Below, piece after piece: positions 1-11,449 of a stretch of DNA of 64,000 nt. Under the pieces are notes generated by a model that searched no databases, had not been told where the DNA came from, and saw only the letters and a program-made list of their open reading frames with translations. Every line of letters starts with the position of its first letter. The stretch's first letter is position 1. A program made the position numbers and the translations under genes. The DNA comes from Eledone cirrhosa. Lineage: Eukaryota. The stretch is from positions 100,192,001 to 100,256,000 of the forward strand of contig OZ024744.1 in NCBI GenBank assembly GCA_964016885.1, written 5' to 3'.

Positions 1-1103
1 TTATGTTCTGAGTTCAAGCTTTGCCTTTCATCTTTACAGGGTTGATAAAGAGTACCAGTAATACACTGGAGGTTCATTTAATTGACTTTCACCTCCCCCC
101 TACCCAAATTAGAAACCATTATTATTATTATCACTATCAAGCAAAACCAGTAGAGCATCGGATATCCTGCTTTGCGGCAGTTTCGGCCCTTTACGATACG
201 AGTTCAAATCCCGCCAAGGTTAACTTTGCCTTTCATCCTTACGGGGTTGATAAAATAAAGCACCAGTAATGCACTGGGGGATTCATTTAATTGACCCCCC
301 CCCCCACACACACACACGCTGGCCTTGTACCAAAATCGATAATCATTATCATCAAAATAAATACTGAGTAAACACCAAACAACAATTCTAGATTAAATAT
401 CTGTAAATTTTTTTTTTTAATTGCAATCAATAAAAAAAAAAAAAAAAAAAAGAAAAAAAAATTCATTTTATAAGTATTTTGAAATCATACAATACAATAA
501 AAAAAAAAAAATTGCAAACAAATACTGAAATCATATTTTTAAGGAAATTAATAAAAATAAAAAAATACATATGAAGACATATTGCTTTATTTAAGTGATT
601 GGACTTCCAGAAAATGCTGATTTTTGTCATGAATATAAACTTATGTTTTCTTTTCCTCACCTGTCATATTGCCATATTCTAATTACAGTTTAGCTTCAGA
701 CATTAAGAACCATTTGTATAACAAATAACAGGTATTTTACAACAAGACAAAATTGTTTTTACTTTGAATAATTTGTAGATATTAACACTTTCAAAACTTA
801 AAATTAAACATATATGAGAGAGAGAAAGAAAGAAAGAAATAGAGAGTCCCGAGTTCAATTGGCGGAAACCATAGTAAGTAAGGTACTCAATACATTAATA
901 GAGTGTATACAACAATATTTAATATAGAAATGACTTCTACAGGACTAGAAACCGTTTCATAGGAAGGAAATAATCAGGAAAAGGGGTTTTCTTGATTTCC
1001 TTCGAATGAAACAGTTCTAGTTCTGTAGAAGCTATTTCTACATTAAATTTTGTTATATATATATATATATATATAATTACATAACAACATAATTATTCCA
1101 TTA

Positions 1104-1169
<66 letters not shown>

Positions 1170-1631
1170 CGAAGGAAATGTGGTAAGGAACCAGGTGGAC
1201 CATAACGCACCAAAGTACTCAATACTTGAAGTAGTAGAGTGGGTAATAGGAACCAGTAAGACCCCGACAGCTGAGCTCAAGCCGTTTCGACGGCTAATTG
1301 GAAAGTCACTAATCTTCCAAATAATATTTAAGTATATAATACATCTGACACCCTGTTATTTTGACCTGCTATTTAATTAGATAAGTGATATATATTATCT
1401 GTTCTTAAATGATTTGTATTGAAGATTTCTATAGTTTATGCTAACTAATAGCAAATTGTTAAATAAAAATAAAATAACTTGATGTCAGTGGTATATTTCT
1501 ATGGGAAGAAACAATTGACAGTGATTAAATGTTTAGAAATTTTAATTTTGGTTTATAAGTACATTGTAATTATATATAATATATATATATATAAATATAT
1601 ATTTAATTTTGAGTTTTGAAAGAGCGTGCGA

Positions 1632-1686
<55 letters not shown>

Positions 1687-2039
1687 TCATTCAAGAAAAG
1701 TAGTCTCAACTCTAGATTCAAACTACAAAAACTAATATTCCACTATGATATGATTATCATTACAGATCTATACAGTGATAAACCCTGACAAAAGAGTAAA
1801 TCTAGTCTCTTTAATTCAAAGTTACTGGATAGATAGACAGACAGGGGGAGAATTATGATACAGATTTTTAGAAAATAGCTTTATATTGAAAATTCTATCA
1901 ATATTCTTTCAATATGGAATTTATTTTGATATTAACTAACTATACCATCATTTGCAAGATACAGTATGTAAATCAAGGCATATTTTATATATATATATAT
2001 ATAATATATAGTTATGTAATAAACAACATAAGATAATTA

Positions 2040-2099
2040 TTTCATTTACCAGTGGTTTCTTGAAAGCAAACAAAATTTGCTTCAGTCATCAGAATGAAA
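2040..2099 (-). ncRNA. Type I hammerhead ribozyme fold (short stem III, Penelope-like), CLUH sense strand
   Basis: Minus strand reads TTTCATT-CTGATGA-C TGAAGCAAA ttttg TTTGCTTTCA A-GAAA-CC act GG-TA-AATGAAA: complete core, 7-bp stem I, 9-bp stem II, GUA cleavage triplet. Confidence 0.7.
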
Positions 2100-2107
2100 A
2101 AAATCCT

Positions 2108-2156
<49 letters not shown>

Positions 2157-2957
2157 CAGGATTTTTTCATTCTGATGATAAACAGGATTTTATCACCTGT
2201 GATAAACAGGCTAAACACCTGAGTAACAAGACTCACTATTTAGCATTAATAAATTAATATTAAAACTACTTCAGTATTGAGTTGTCTTTTCTCTCAGTCG
2301 TCAACCATATACAGATATATACATACAGACACACAGACAGACAGAGAGAGACAAACACAGATCCCTAGCTTTTCTCAAATGTTATCGCATAACAAATGAT
2401 ACAATAAGTGGAACCAATTTTATATTACTATAGAATTAACAAAAGATGTACACTGAACTTTAACTTCCTTTTAGCAACGAAACATGGAAAATGTCACCTT
2501 AAACATCACCCTAAACATTTGGGAATCACACTTATTACCTGAGAGATACTAAATTTGGCTTTGTAAATACCTATTTTGATATTTCCCCCATACAAAATTT
2601 AACTCTTAACATCCTGCAATAATTTAGCAGAAAAATATATTTAAAAAGTTTTGTTAATTTAAATGTTTATAGTATCTTTACTATTGGACAGATTATGAAA
2701 ATTTACAGTATTTTGAATAAAGATTTACTTTTTAATGTGATACAGCCGTAGTACTGTTTTGTACTTTACAAGACTGTTTTGCTAATGTGGTACAGGAGGT
2801 TAAGAGCTAATCTAGAATTTGGAATTTAATATTGCCAAAAGTTAAAACAAAAATAAAGGTTATTAATGTAAAGGGTTGTATTTCATACATTAACAGAACT
2901 TGTTTAATAATAAAAGCTACATTAAACAATATTTCAAAACAACATTTCAATGTATAT

Positions 2958-3320
2958 CAGGCTGTATCAAAATGAATCATCCCATCTCAAAAGGCTATAT
3001 TTTTTTAAACGAATGACCATATTATCATTCTGAATATAATGTTTTATTCTTATTTATAACTTTTATAATTTTTTATAAAGTTATGTACACTTTTTACATG
3101 CATTTCCGTCTGCTTCAACATGTCGACCCAGCAACAAAAAGCATTCTGCATCCTCCACTTCAACAAGTGTGAGTCAAGAGGAGGGCATATTGAGCATTTG
3201 TAAAAATTGTAAATAAAACATATTATCGTGTGGTAACTTGTACAATACATATCTGAATATGTTCATTTGTTTTAAAAATATAGTCTTTTGAAATTGGATG
3301 ATTCTTTTTGATACAGCCTG
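2958..3320 (+). mobile_element. Internally deleted Tc1/mariner-superfamily element (MITE)
   Basis: TIRs CAGGCTGTATCAAAA...TTTTGATACAGCCTG followed by TA; mini-ORF 3120-3203 MSTQQQKAFCILHFNKCESRGGHIEHL* resembles fused transposase N- and C-termini. Confidence 0.75.
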
Positions 3321-5260
3321 TATCAGTCAATTTAAACCAAGATTTATGGAAGGCTGACATTTTACACAGCAAGTCCGTTTACAGCTTAATCTTTACAACT
3401 ATAATGCCCCATGAAAAAATAGAGAACAGAAATTTTATAATTAACTGAAAAAGTGATAACGTAAGTTGATAAATACACCTTTATGAAAACATGTTTAGTA
3501 ACTCCATTTTGGTCAACTAATTTCATCTACCAACAAATATACCCCCCAAAAATAACAGAGAGAGAGAGAGAGTCTGTCTGTCTGTCTCTGTGTGTGTCTG
3601 TGTATGTGTATGTGTGTGTATGTGTATGTGTGTGTGTGTGCATGTTTATGTATGATCTTGAAACCAAGGGCTGCAAATTTATTCAGACATAAGACAGACA
3701 ATGAAATGAACTATGAAGGGATCAATCTCGCAACCTTTGTAGTTTACCATTTACGTTACTGAGTTTCTTCATTTCTATGTTAGATTCTCCATAAAAAAAA
3801 CTTCCTATCCTGAAAATGTCTCACTGTATACAACAATAATTTGAAAATGTGGCAGACACTAAACCCTTTTGTTACTGGCTCTAGTGCTATGAAATAAAAC
3901 CACCCATTTTAAAGGTTTCCAATTTAAATTAAATATCTTCCAACATAATTTCATAAAAAAAAAACCTTACATTAACTTACTATCTTACCAAACTGACCAA
4001 AACCAGCTCTGGTTCTATGAAATAAAACCACCTATTTTAAAGGTTTCTAATTTAAATCTTCCAACATAATTTTATATAAGAACCTTACATTAACTATCTT
4101 AGTAATGAAATAACTTTAGTAAATCTCTTAATATTCTTAATTAATTAATTAAAATAGTGTATCTCATTAAAAATGTGGTCATAAAACAGCTAATAAATTC
4201 ATTATTAACTAGTTCTCTTCTGCAACATCAATTTTCAATTGTTGACTAGAAAACAAATTTTAGTTTTATGCAGTTGCTGTTATGATGTAGACATAATTCG
4301 TTCTCCAACTGCATTTGTTGCAGATGATACAAGTATATAGAGAGAGACAGAGAGAGAGGTTCAACCAATGAAATGATAGAGAGATGATGATAATGATTAG
4401 TTTCTAAGTATTTGGTTCAAATCATGTTATAAACAATGTATTATGTATTTAAGCCACTGTATTTTTTCCCCAAAATAAGCACCTCTTCAACATTTAATAG
4501 TAATTGTAATTAAGAAGAGCAATGTAAACATTTCTTTCTAATTTTGCTAAACTAACTATATATATATATATTGTTGTTATATAACAATAATTATAATAAT
4601 AATAAACACCATTCCAATTGTTTGTTCAATCAAATAGTGGATTACACAATTTTAAACCGAACAAAAAAAAAAAAAAAAAAAAAAAACGAAAACATTTAAG
4701 TAAATGAGCTCGATGGATATTTCTATTTTTTTGTCAGCAAATTTTTTTTTCAGGCTTCTAACACACATTCACATACACACACACATACATACACACACAT
4801 ATTAAGTAAGTTTTTTTACACAAAATTCTATTTCCTTTTTATAGAAAAATTTATTTATCTTCATTGAAAAAAAAAAAAAAAATAGATATATTTGCAAGTA
4901 AACAGTCATTCAATTATAGAAAATTAATAACACACGCACAAAAAAAAAAAAAAAAAATCCTATAAACATTTACTGACAAAAAAAAATGTAACAAAATGAA
5001 AAATATATTTTTGATTTCACTAGCTTTGAAAAAAAATATTCTTGCTCTTTCTCTAATAAATAATACCTCCTGAACATAAGAAATCAATTTCTCAATGTTT
5101 CTTGAAATTAAACATTTGCTTAATTTTCTTCTAAAACATTCCAAAACCAAATGAAAAACCAATAAGAAACTAAATTAAACCATGAATTAGAGACAAGATT
5201 TTAGTTTTTCAGTTCATGGGTATATTTAAACAAATAATTGTGAAATATTTAAAAACTACA

Positions 5261-5477
5261 TCATCCTTCAGTTATTATAACTTCATTTGTCAAATGTGAA
5301 CAATCTAAATTTCCATTTGTAAGTCCAGTAATATCTTCAGATTTTCCTTTTTTCACTTGATTACCTGATTCTAACTCCTCTGATACACCATTTTTAAACA
5401 ATTCAGGAGTATCAGTATGTGATCCGAGTTGAGAACGTTTCAACATTTCTAACCGAAAACGCTCAATGTCTTCAGGG
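5261..5477 (-). CDS. CLUH: CLUH terminal coding exon (PEDIERFRLEMLKRSQLGSHTDTPELFKNG...EVIITEG*)
   Basis: aatcag acceptor; phase 2 matches the previous exon; TGA at 5263-5261; lies within ORF 5261..5572. Confidence 0.9.
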
Positions 5478-5550
5478 CTGATTTTAAAAAGTATAGAAAA
5501 AGAGAGAGAAAAAAAAATCAAATAAGATTCATCTAGAAACATTAATTCTA

Positions 5551-5757
5551 ATAAACCCTTTAGCATTTCCACTACTCTATATATATATACTATTGTATTT
5601 TCATGGTAAAGGCTTTACCTCACATAATATTGAATCTGAGATTTAGATATTTATTTTGAGAACAATACCTTAACATCAGTATGAGCAGCTGGTTACAGCC
5701 AGTTTGAACAGAAAGAGGTGAGAGAATTCGGGCTGGTTTAAATGCTAAAGGGTTAAA
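5551..5757. mobile_element. piggyBac-type MITE family 1 (about 200-240 bp); other copies near 18985-19332 (split by a SINE), 24002-24428, 25008-25219, 26515-26723, 32645-32864, 38620-38822, 40039-40244, 62712-62933
   Basis: TTAA|CCCTTTAGCATTT...AAATGCTAAAGGG|TTAA termini and a shared internal sequence. Confidence 0.8.
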
Positions 5758-6692
5758 TTAAATAACATAAAAAATAGATTATTATTATTATTATTTAACT
5801 TTGCCTTTCATCCTTACAGAGTCGATAAAATAAAGTACCAGTAATGCACTGGGATAATTGCTGGCCTTGTGCCAAAAGTAGAAACAATTATTATTATTAT
5901 CATTATTAGGGTGGTGGTGGGTGGATTGGCAGTATCGGTAGAGTGTTGGACAACATACTTTGTGGCAATGCTATGGCCCATTCACACCATCCTCCTCTAT
6001 GGCTGCAAGACGTGGCCAGCAGCAAGATTTATGCAAGCTGGAAGTTTTAACCACTTTTGCATTCATTGAATTGTCGAAGTTCAAACATTGGGATTTATGC
6101 AAAATGACAAAATTCATTGTTACTGCTGTATCGATTCCCTCCAACAACACAACACTTTTCTGTTGGTTTGGTCATGCACTTTGCTGCCCAAGAAGTGAAA
6201 TCATCTGTAATGCAGTTGTACTGTATTCCTCCTGAGGTGATGTAAACGGCAAGGTAAACAGTTGAAAATGTGGATTGGCATGATCAAGTGGTTGGTGTTA
6301 CGAAGGGCATCCAGCCTTAGAAAACCTGCCAGAGACACAGTCTCCCGGCCAATCCCGCATCAAATGGAAGAAAACTGTCTAACCCATGCTAGTGTGGAAG
6401 ATGGACATTAAATGATCTTGAGATAACATCTGCTCCTCACATATTCGATGTCTGTCGTTGGAGTCATGGCCGACTTTATCTGCATTGGATGCCATGCATG
6501 GGCAACGTCTCTTGACAATGTTGTAGGAGCAATGGATGGAGCTGGTCCAACCCATGCTAGGTGAACATCAACACAAGTACAGAGTAAGTATTCTACATAT
6601 GATGCTGGAATGTTGCATATGTACGTGTAAAACCAAATTTCAAATATTTTTCAGGCATTTTATTTTTTTAAAATTATGTATGGCATCATCAT

Positions 6693-7105
6693 CACTCATC
6701 ACTCGTTGACTACTGTCGAGATGATGGATCTCACTCTCATGCCCCAGAATCCCCTGTCCCCCATCGCTGCCCCCAGGTCCTGTCTGCTGATTCCCGTATC
6801 CCTAGAGATAACGTCAGGGAATGACAGCCTCCTACTCCTAGTCAGGCTGGAGTCAGGGTTCCACAGCAAGAGAGCGGATATGATTTCATTGCTGGCACGG
6901 TGACAGTGGCCAGCAAATTGAGCTCTCCGGGATTTTAGAAGGGCAGAGGATCGAGGGAATTTACCATAGATTTTAGACAAGGTGGGATGTCGTTTCCAGG
7001 ATAGGTTTTGCACTCTCATTAAGAGGCGGGTATATGTGCCATCCAATCTTCTCTCAAGTTGTGATGTTAGTGTCCAAGTTTCGGATCCATAAAGTAATAT
7101 GGGCT
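6693..7105 (-). mobile_element. RTE/RTE-X LINE 3' fragment
   Basis: LLYGSETWTLT...LDGTYTRLLMRVQNLSWK...RRAQFAGHC motifs and a (TGA/TGAG)n tail. Confidence 0.85.
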
Positions 7106-7422
7106 TCCAGGGGGAAGTCTTGTACTCACAGTCGCTTCACACCATAGAAACTGAGATAAGAACCAGACTGATAAGCCTCCAGGCTCAAGAAAGACTAAAC
7201 TTTTATGGCATACCCGGCTGATGTATTAGGTCTGAACTTAAAGCATTATTTAAATAGAGGGTTGGACGCCATGCTTTCTAGCATAGTTACGTCCCTTTAC
7301 GGTTTGAGTTCAAATCCCGCTGAGGTTAACTTTGCTTTCATCCTTACGGGGGTCGATAAAATAAAGTACCAGTAATGTACTGGCCTTGTGCCTAAAGTAG
7401 AAACAATTATTTAAATAAGACA

Positions 7423-7635
7423 TACCATTCATACTCGAATATAAGCTGAGGAATATGTGACTCCACCACCACCAAGAAATCAATGGAAAAAGGAGGCGGT
7501 GGGTGGGGGTGGCTTATATTCGCCATATAAACATATGTTGATCAGCTGCCTCAGCTTTTAAATGGGGTTTGGATTTATGCTCCTTTTTTCTGACATAAAA
7601 TAAGAGAGTCAGCTTATATTTGAGTATATACGGTA
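7423..7635. mobile_element. pogo/Tigger-type MITE
   Basis: TACCATTCATACTCGAATATAAGCTGA...TCAGCTTATATTTGAGTATATACGGTA imperfect TIRs flanked by TA. Confidence 0.7.
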
Positions 7636-7676
7636 AATTTATGTAAGAAGTTCTGACTTATAAAATAATATCTTAC

Positions 7677-7750
7677 CTTATTTGCACAAACACAATACCA
7701 TTAACAACATTTAAGGTGTCTAGAACACTCTGAATAGAAGGCGTCTGTAT
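7677..7750 (-). CDS. CLUH: CLUH coding exon (IQTPSIQSVLDTLNVVNGIVFVQIS)
   Basis: ttccag/gtaaga sites, phase 0 to 2; PS..SVL..LNV.NGI.F motif. Confidence 0.94.
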
Positions 7751-8659
7751 CTGGAAAAATAAAGAAAATAATCGAGATTTATGAAACTAATAAAACATTC
7801 CAAAGGAATGGTTAGTTAAGATTTTTGAATTTTAGAGTTTTGCATTAATTGATTTCTAATTTAGACACAAGACCAGCAAATATAAGCTCAAATAACAATG
7901 CTTTCTTTATTAACCACAAGGGTTGACACAAAGTATAACATTAAGGACAGCACAGGACAATACAGGATGGTACAAATGGGAATTTCTGCATGTAAAATCA
8001 AACAAAATTATATGTATAAAAAATTCCCCAATGGGGGAGGCTTCTGAGGGTCACCCATGGAGAAGGGCCACACACAAAAAAAAAAAAAAAATCCACGGTT
8101 ACCCTGACCACTAGGGCAAGCGCCCTCTTCCAGTTTTCCTACAATACTACAGGCACACGCGCAGAGCAGGGCCATGCTTGCCTTTCTCACCCACCTTTCA
8201 ACAAACTGGCTGGAAGGCAGCTCAAATAATAATAATTGTTTCTACTTTTGGCACAAGGCCAGCAATTACCCAGTACATTACTGGTACTTTATTTTATCGA
8301 CCCCGTAAGGATGAAAGGCAAAGTTAACCTCGACGCGATTTGAACTCAGAATGGCAAGGGGTGTAACTATGCGTCAAAGCATAGCGTCCGACCCTCTACC
8401 GACACTGCCAAAATAATAATGGTTTCTTATTTAGGCACAAGGCCAGCAATTTTGGGGAAGGGGAAAGTCGATTAATTTGACCCCACATTACTGGTACTTT
8501 ATTTTATCAACCTCTTAAAGATGAAAGGCAAAGCTAACCTCGGTGGGATTTGAACTCAGAACATAAAGAGCCATAACTATGCTGCAAAGCATGGTCTCTG
8601 ACGTTCTACCGATTCTGCTAATCTACTGTCATAATAATAATGATAATCTTTATACTGAC

Positions 8660-8794
8660 CTGAAGAGGAGCAAAATTTATACTTTTTTCTCCTTTGCAGA
8701 TTTCATTCATTTTCTTTTGAAAAACTACAGCTTGTTGAGTCAAATGTTTTAGGCATTCAGAACTTTCTTTGGTTCTCTCATGTTCTTCACCAAG
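8660..8794 (-). CDS. CLUH: CLUH coding exon ([45 protein letters not shown])
   Basis: tttaag acceptor and gtcagt donor, 135 nt; LGE.HE.TKESSE.LK.LTQQAV motif. Confidence 0.96.
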
Positions 8795-8866
8795 CTTAAA
8801 ACAAAAATATCACATTAAAGTCAATAACAAAGCTATGTCTAGCAAATTTTCCAATCAGTGATTGAA

Positions 8867-8900
<34 letters not shown>

Positions 8901-8952
8901 TAATATATATAATATATATAATATATATATATATATATAATATATATATAAT

Positions 8953-9001
<49 letters not shown>

Positions 9002-9120
9002 CCAGAATCAGTTCCCATATGAGCAAGACAAGGTCAGCCGACCGGACACTGTGCACAACAGGACAACCCCTCTAACCCATGGTAGCGTCAGAGAACGGAC
9101 GTAAAACAGTGATGATGATA

Positions 9121-9151
<31 letters not shown>

Positions 9152-9162
9152 TATACAACCCT

Positions 9163-9208
<46 letters not shown>

Positions 9209-9760
9209 GCGATCGACTTTCGCCAAATCGGACCGAGGAAACAATGTTTCCGTTGGTCTTTCCAATTGTTAATACAATCTATCGGTCGCAACTCCAGGTA
9301 GAAGGAGCAACGTGAAATAAAATGTCTTGCTCAAGGACATAACGCATTGCCTGGTCCGGGAATTGAACTCACTACTTCACGATTGCGAATCCAATTCTCT
9401 AACCGCTCAGCCACACGCCTTCACATATATATATATAGTAATAATATATAAATAATATATAGTAATAATAAATACGACCAAAATCTGAAGAGTGCTCCAT
9501 AAGGATTGTATGTGTATATACGTATATACACATAAAAACATTAATTTAAGCCATTATTAGATCTGGTAACTACAAGTTAGATTTTAATTTGCTGATGAGT
9601 TCAACTAAGACATGTCTCAAGTTGTCACCATACCTACTTCATAGACTTCCCATTAAATCAATTTTCCTTTCTTAATCACTTTTTTTTTCTCTTTGCTGGC
9701 ATAATTTATTTCAAGTGATTAAAATTTTAGTTCTGCTTCATTAGATATATTAGCCGATAC

Positions 9761-10018
9761 TTAACTAATTATTTTGATACCAACCAGTCCCAAACCACCG
9801 CTGGTTCTATGAAACATGACCACTCATTTTAAAGAGTTTCTATTTAAATTAAAGCCTAACATTATTTTATGAAAGAACCTTTATTAAGTTATGTTCCGAA
9901 TATCATCTTAATAATGAGAAAGTGTTATTACTAAACCCATCCAAATTCTTTATTTTCAAAATGATTTGAAAATCGTAGTCAGTGTATTTCATTAGAAATA
10001 TGTTAATGAAAAGGTTAA
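9761..10018. mobile_element. Older piggyBac-type MITE family 2; related copies near 3860-4190, 10802-11108, 11110-11485, 24571-24825
   Basis: Degenerate TTAACCCTTT...GGTAATGAAAAGGGTTAA ends and shared 'ctggttctatgaaa' / 'agttatgttccaaacacc' cores. Confidence 0.6.
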
Positions 10019-10134
10019 GCAAGTGTTATGATACAATATTAAACCTACATATCTCTCTCTCCAAATATATCACAAGTAAAAACTGGTAATTTTCTAAGAT
10101 TACATATATAATATCACGATTGTTCTATACTTAC

Positions 10135-10264
10135 AACTTGTTTATAAATGGCATAGGCTTCTTTTTCACTTTGTAGAGCAGATCGAAAGTCACTTCTACA
10201 AGACCGTGTTCGGGCAACTAAATGGTGCCCCATGGCAACTTTCAAATTTTTTGCACCATAAAAT
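10135..10264 (-). CDS. CLUH: CLUH coding exon, TPR (FYGAKNLKVAMGHHLVARTRSCRSDFRSALQSEKEAYAIYKQV)
   Basis: atttag/gtaagt sites, phase 2 to 0; LKVA..HHLVAR and FRSALQ.EKE.Y.IYK motifs. Confidence 0.96.
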
Positions 10265-10309
10265 CTAAATTTGAAAAATAAATAACGTCAAATACTGATA
10301 AAACCTTTC

Positions 10310-10347
<38 letters not shown>

Positions 10348-11248
10348 CATACACATCATATAGACAATGATATATCTTAGATATACACACATAGTATATT
10401 AATATATTTTTTCAAATTTAAAACAATGTATTTTACCAATGCAAATATATATACCACACACAAATGGTGTATTAGTTAAATTTTACAGTTATTCCCTTTT
10501 AAAGTTGTATTGTCATTAACTTGTAGTCCTACAAACTGAAATGTCTTACTTGGCAACCTTTTTCTACTTTATGAAACGATTTCATTGATATAAATGAGAG
10601 TATATGTGTGTAATGGATGTGGAATAACACGTGTAATGACTGCGGAATAACAGCTTTTATGAAAAGTGAAGTAGATAGTGTTACTGTCAAGTTCCTTTGA
10701 TCAGCTTTGCTCAAATGGTAGAAAAGTGCAGAGGAATTTGATCAAAGAATCCAGAGCTTTCATCATCCTTGGTCTTTATTAGGGGGTATGTTCTATAGGA
10801 TTTAACCTATTCAATACCATCCAAAACAGCCTCTGGTTCTATAAAACCTATCTACCCATTTAAACCCTTTCAATAACAAACTGTCTGAAACCACACCTGG
10901 TTTTATGATGCAAAACTGTTTATTTTAAGGTAAATCTATCTAAAAACCTTCCATAATAATTTTATGAAAGTTGCTTTGTTAAGTTATGTTCCAAACACCA
11001 GCTTGATCATGAGAAAGTTAGTTATATTACTAAATGTCTCCAAGTTATTGGTTATTTTCCAAATATAGGCACTGTCTTTCAGTAGAAAGATGGCAATGAA
11101 AGGGCTAAAGGATTCCTATTTAAATTGTATATCTTCCAACATAATTTGACATAATACTTTAAGATTTGATGCAAATACCATCTTAAATAATGAAATAATT
11201 TTAGTAAATACCTCCAAATTCTTCATTAGTTAATTCAGATACAGTGTA

Positions 11249-11449
11249 GGAGAGTTAGCTGAAAAGTTCATAAGCTGATTATGAAGGAGTGATGTTAAGA
11301 GATGTGTAATCTTGCATATAATGCAGTAATTTCATCTCATATTAATAACTGCATTGTTTCTTTCCAGGGACTATGTTGACAAATAAACCTCATTTGGTCA
11401 TTCCATGAGAGTATCTTGGTCAGCCTATGAACTTTACAGCCCACTCTCG
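11249..11449. mobile_element. mariner-type MITE nested in a family-2 MITE; second copy at 26307-26497
   Basis: TIR (Y)GAGGGTGGRCTGAAAAGTTCATAGGCTGAC, TA target duplication, two homologous copies. Confidence 0.8.

Larger units (their letters stand above)
560..5260 (-). other. Putative long CLUH 3' UTR / downstream region; distal poly(A) signal candidate AATAAA at 591-586
   Basis: About 5 kb that is very U-rich on the minus strand and lacks the SINE families abundant elsewhere; AATAAA followed by U-rich sequence. More proximal AATAAA hexamers also exist, so the end is uncertain. Confidence 0.4.

Noticed and set aside
2161-2230. Second hammerhead on the plus strand from the inverted arm
   Set aside because: Has CTGATGA but no proper GAAA and no stem I partner downstream
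9585-9625. Hammerhead-like CTGATGA followed by the palindrome AGACATGTCT
   Set aside because: GAAA is replaced by TAAA, stem II is not viable, and no valid NUH lies in register with stem I
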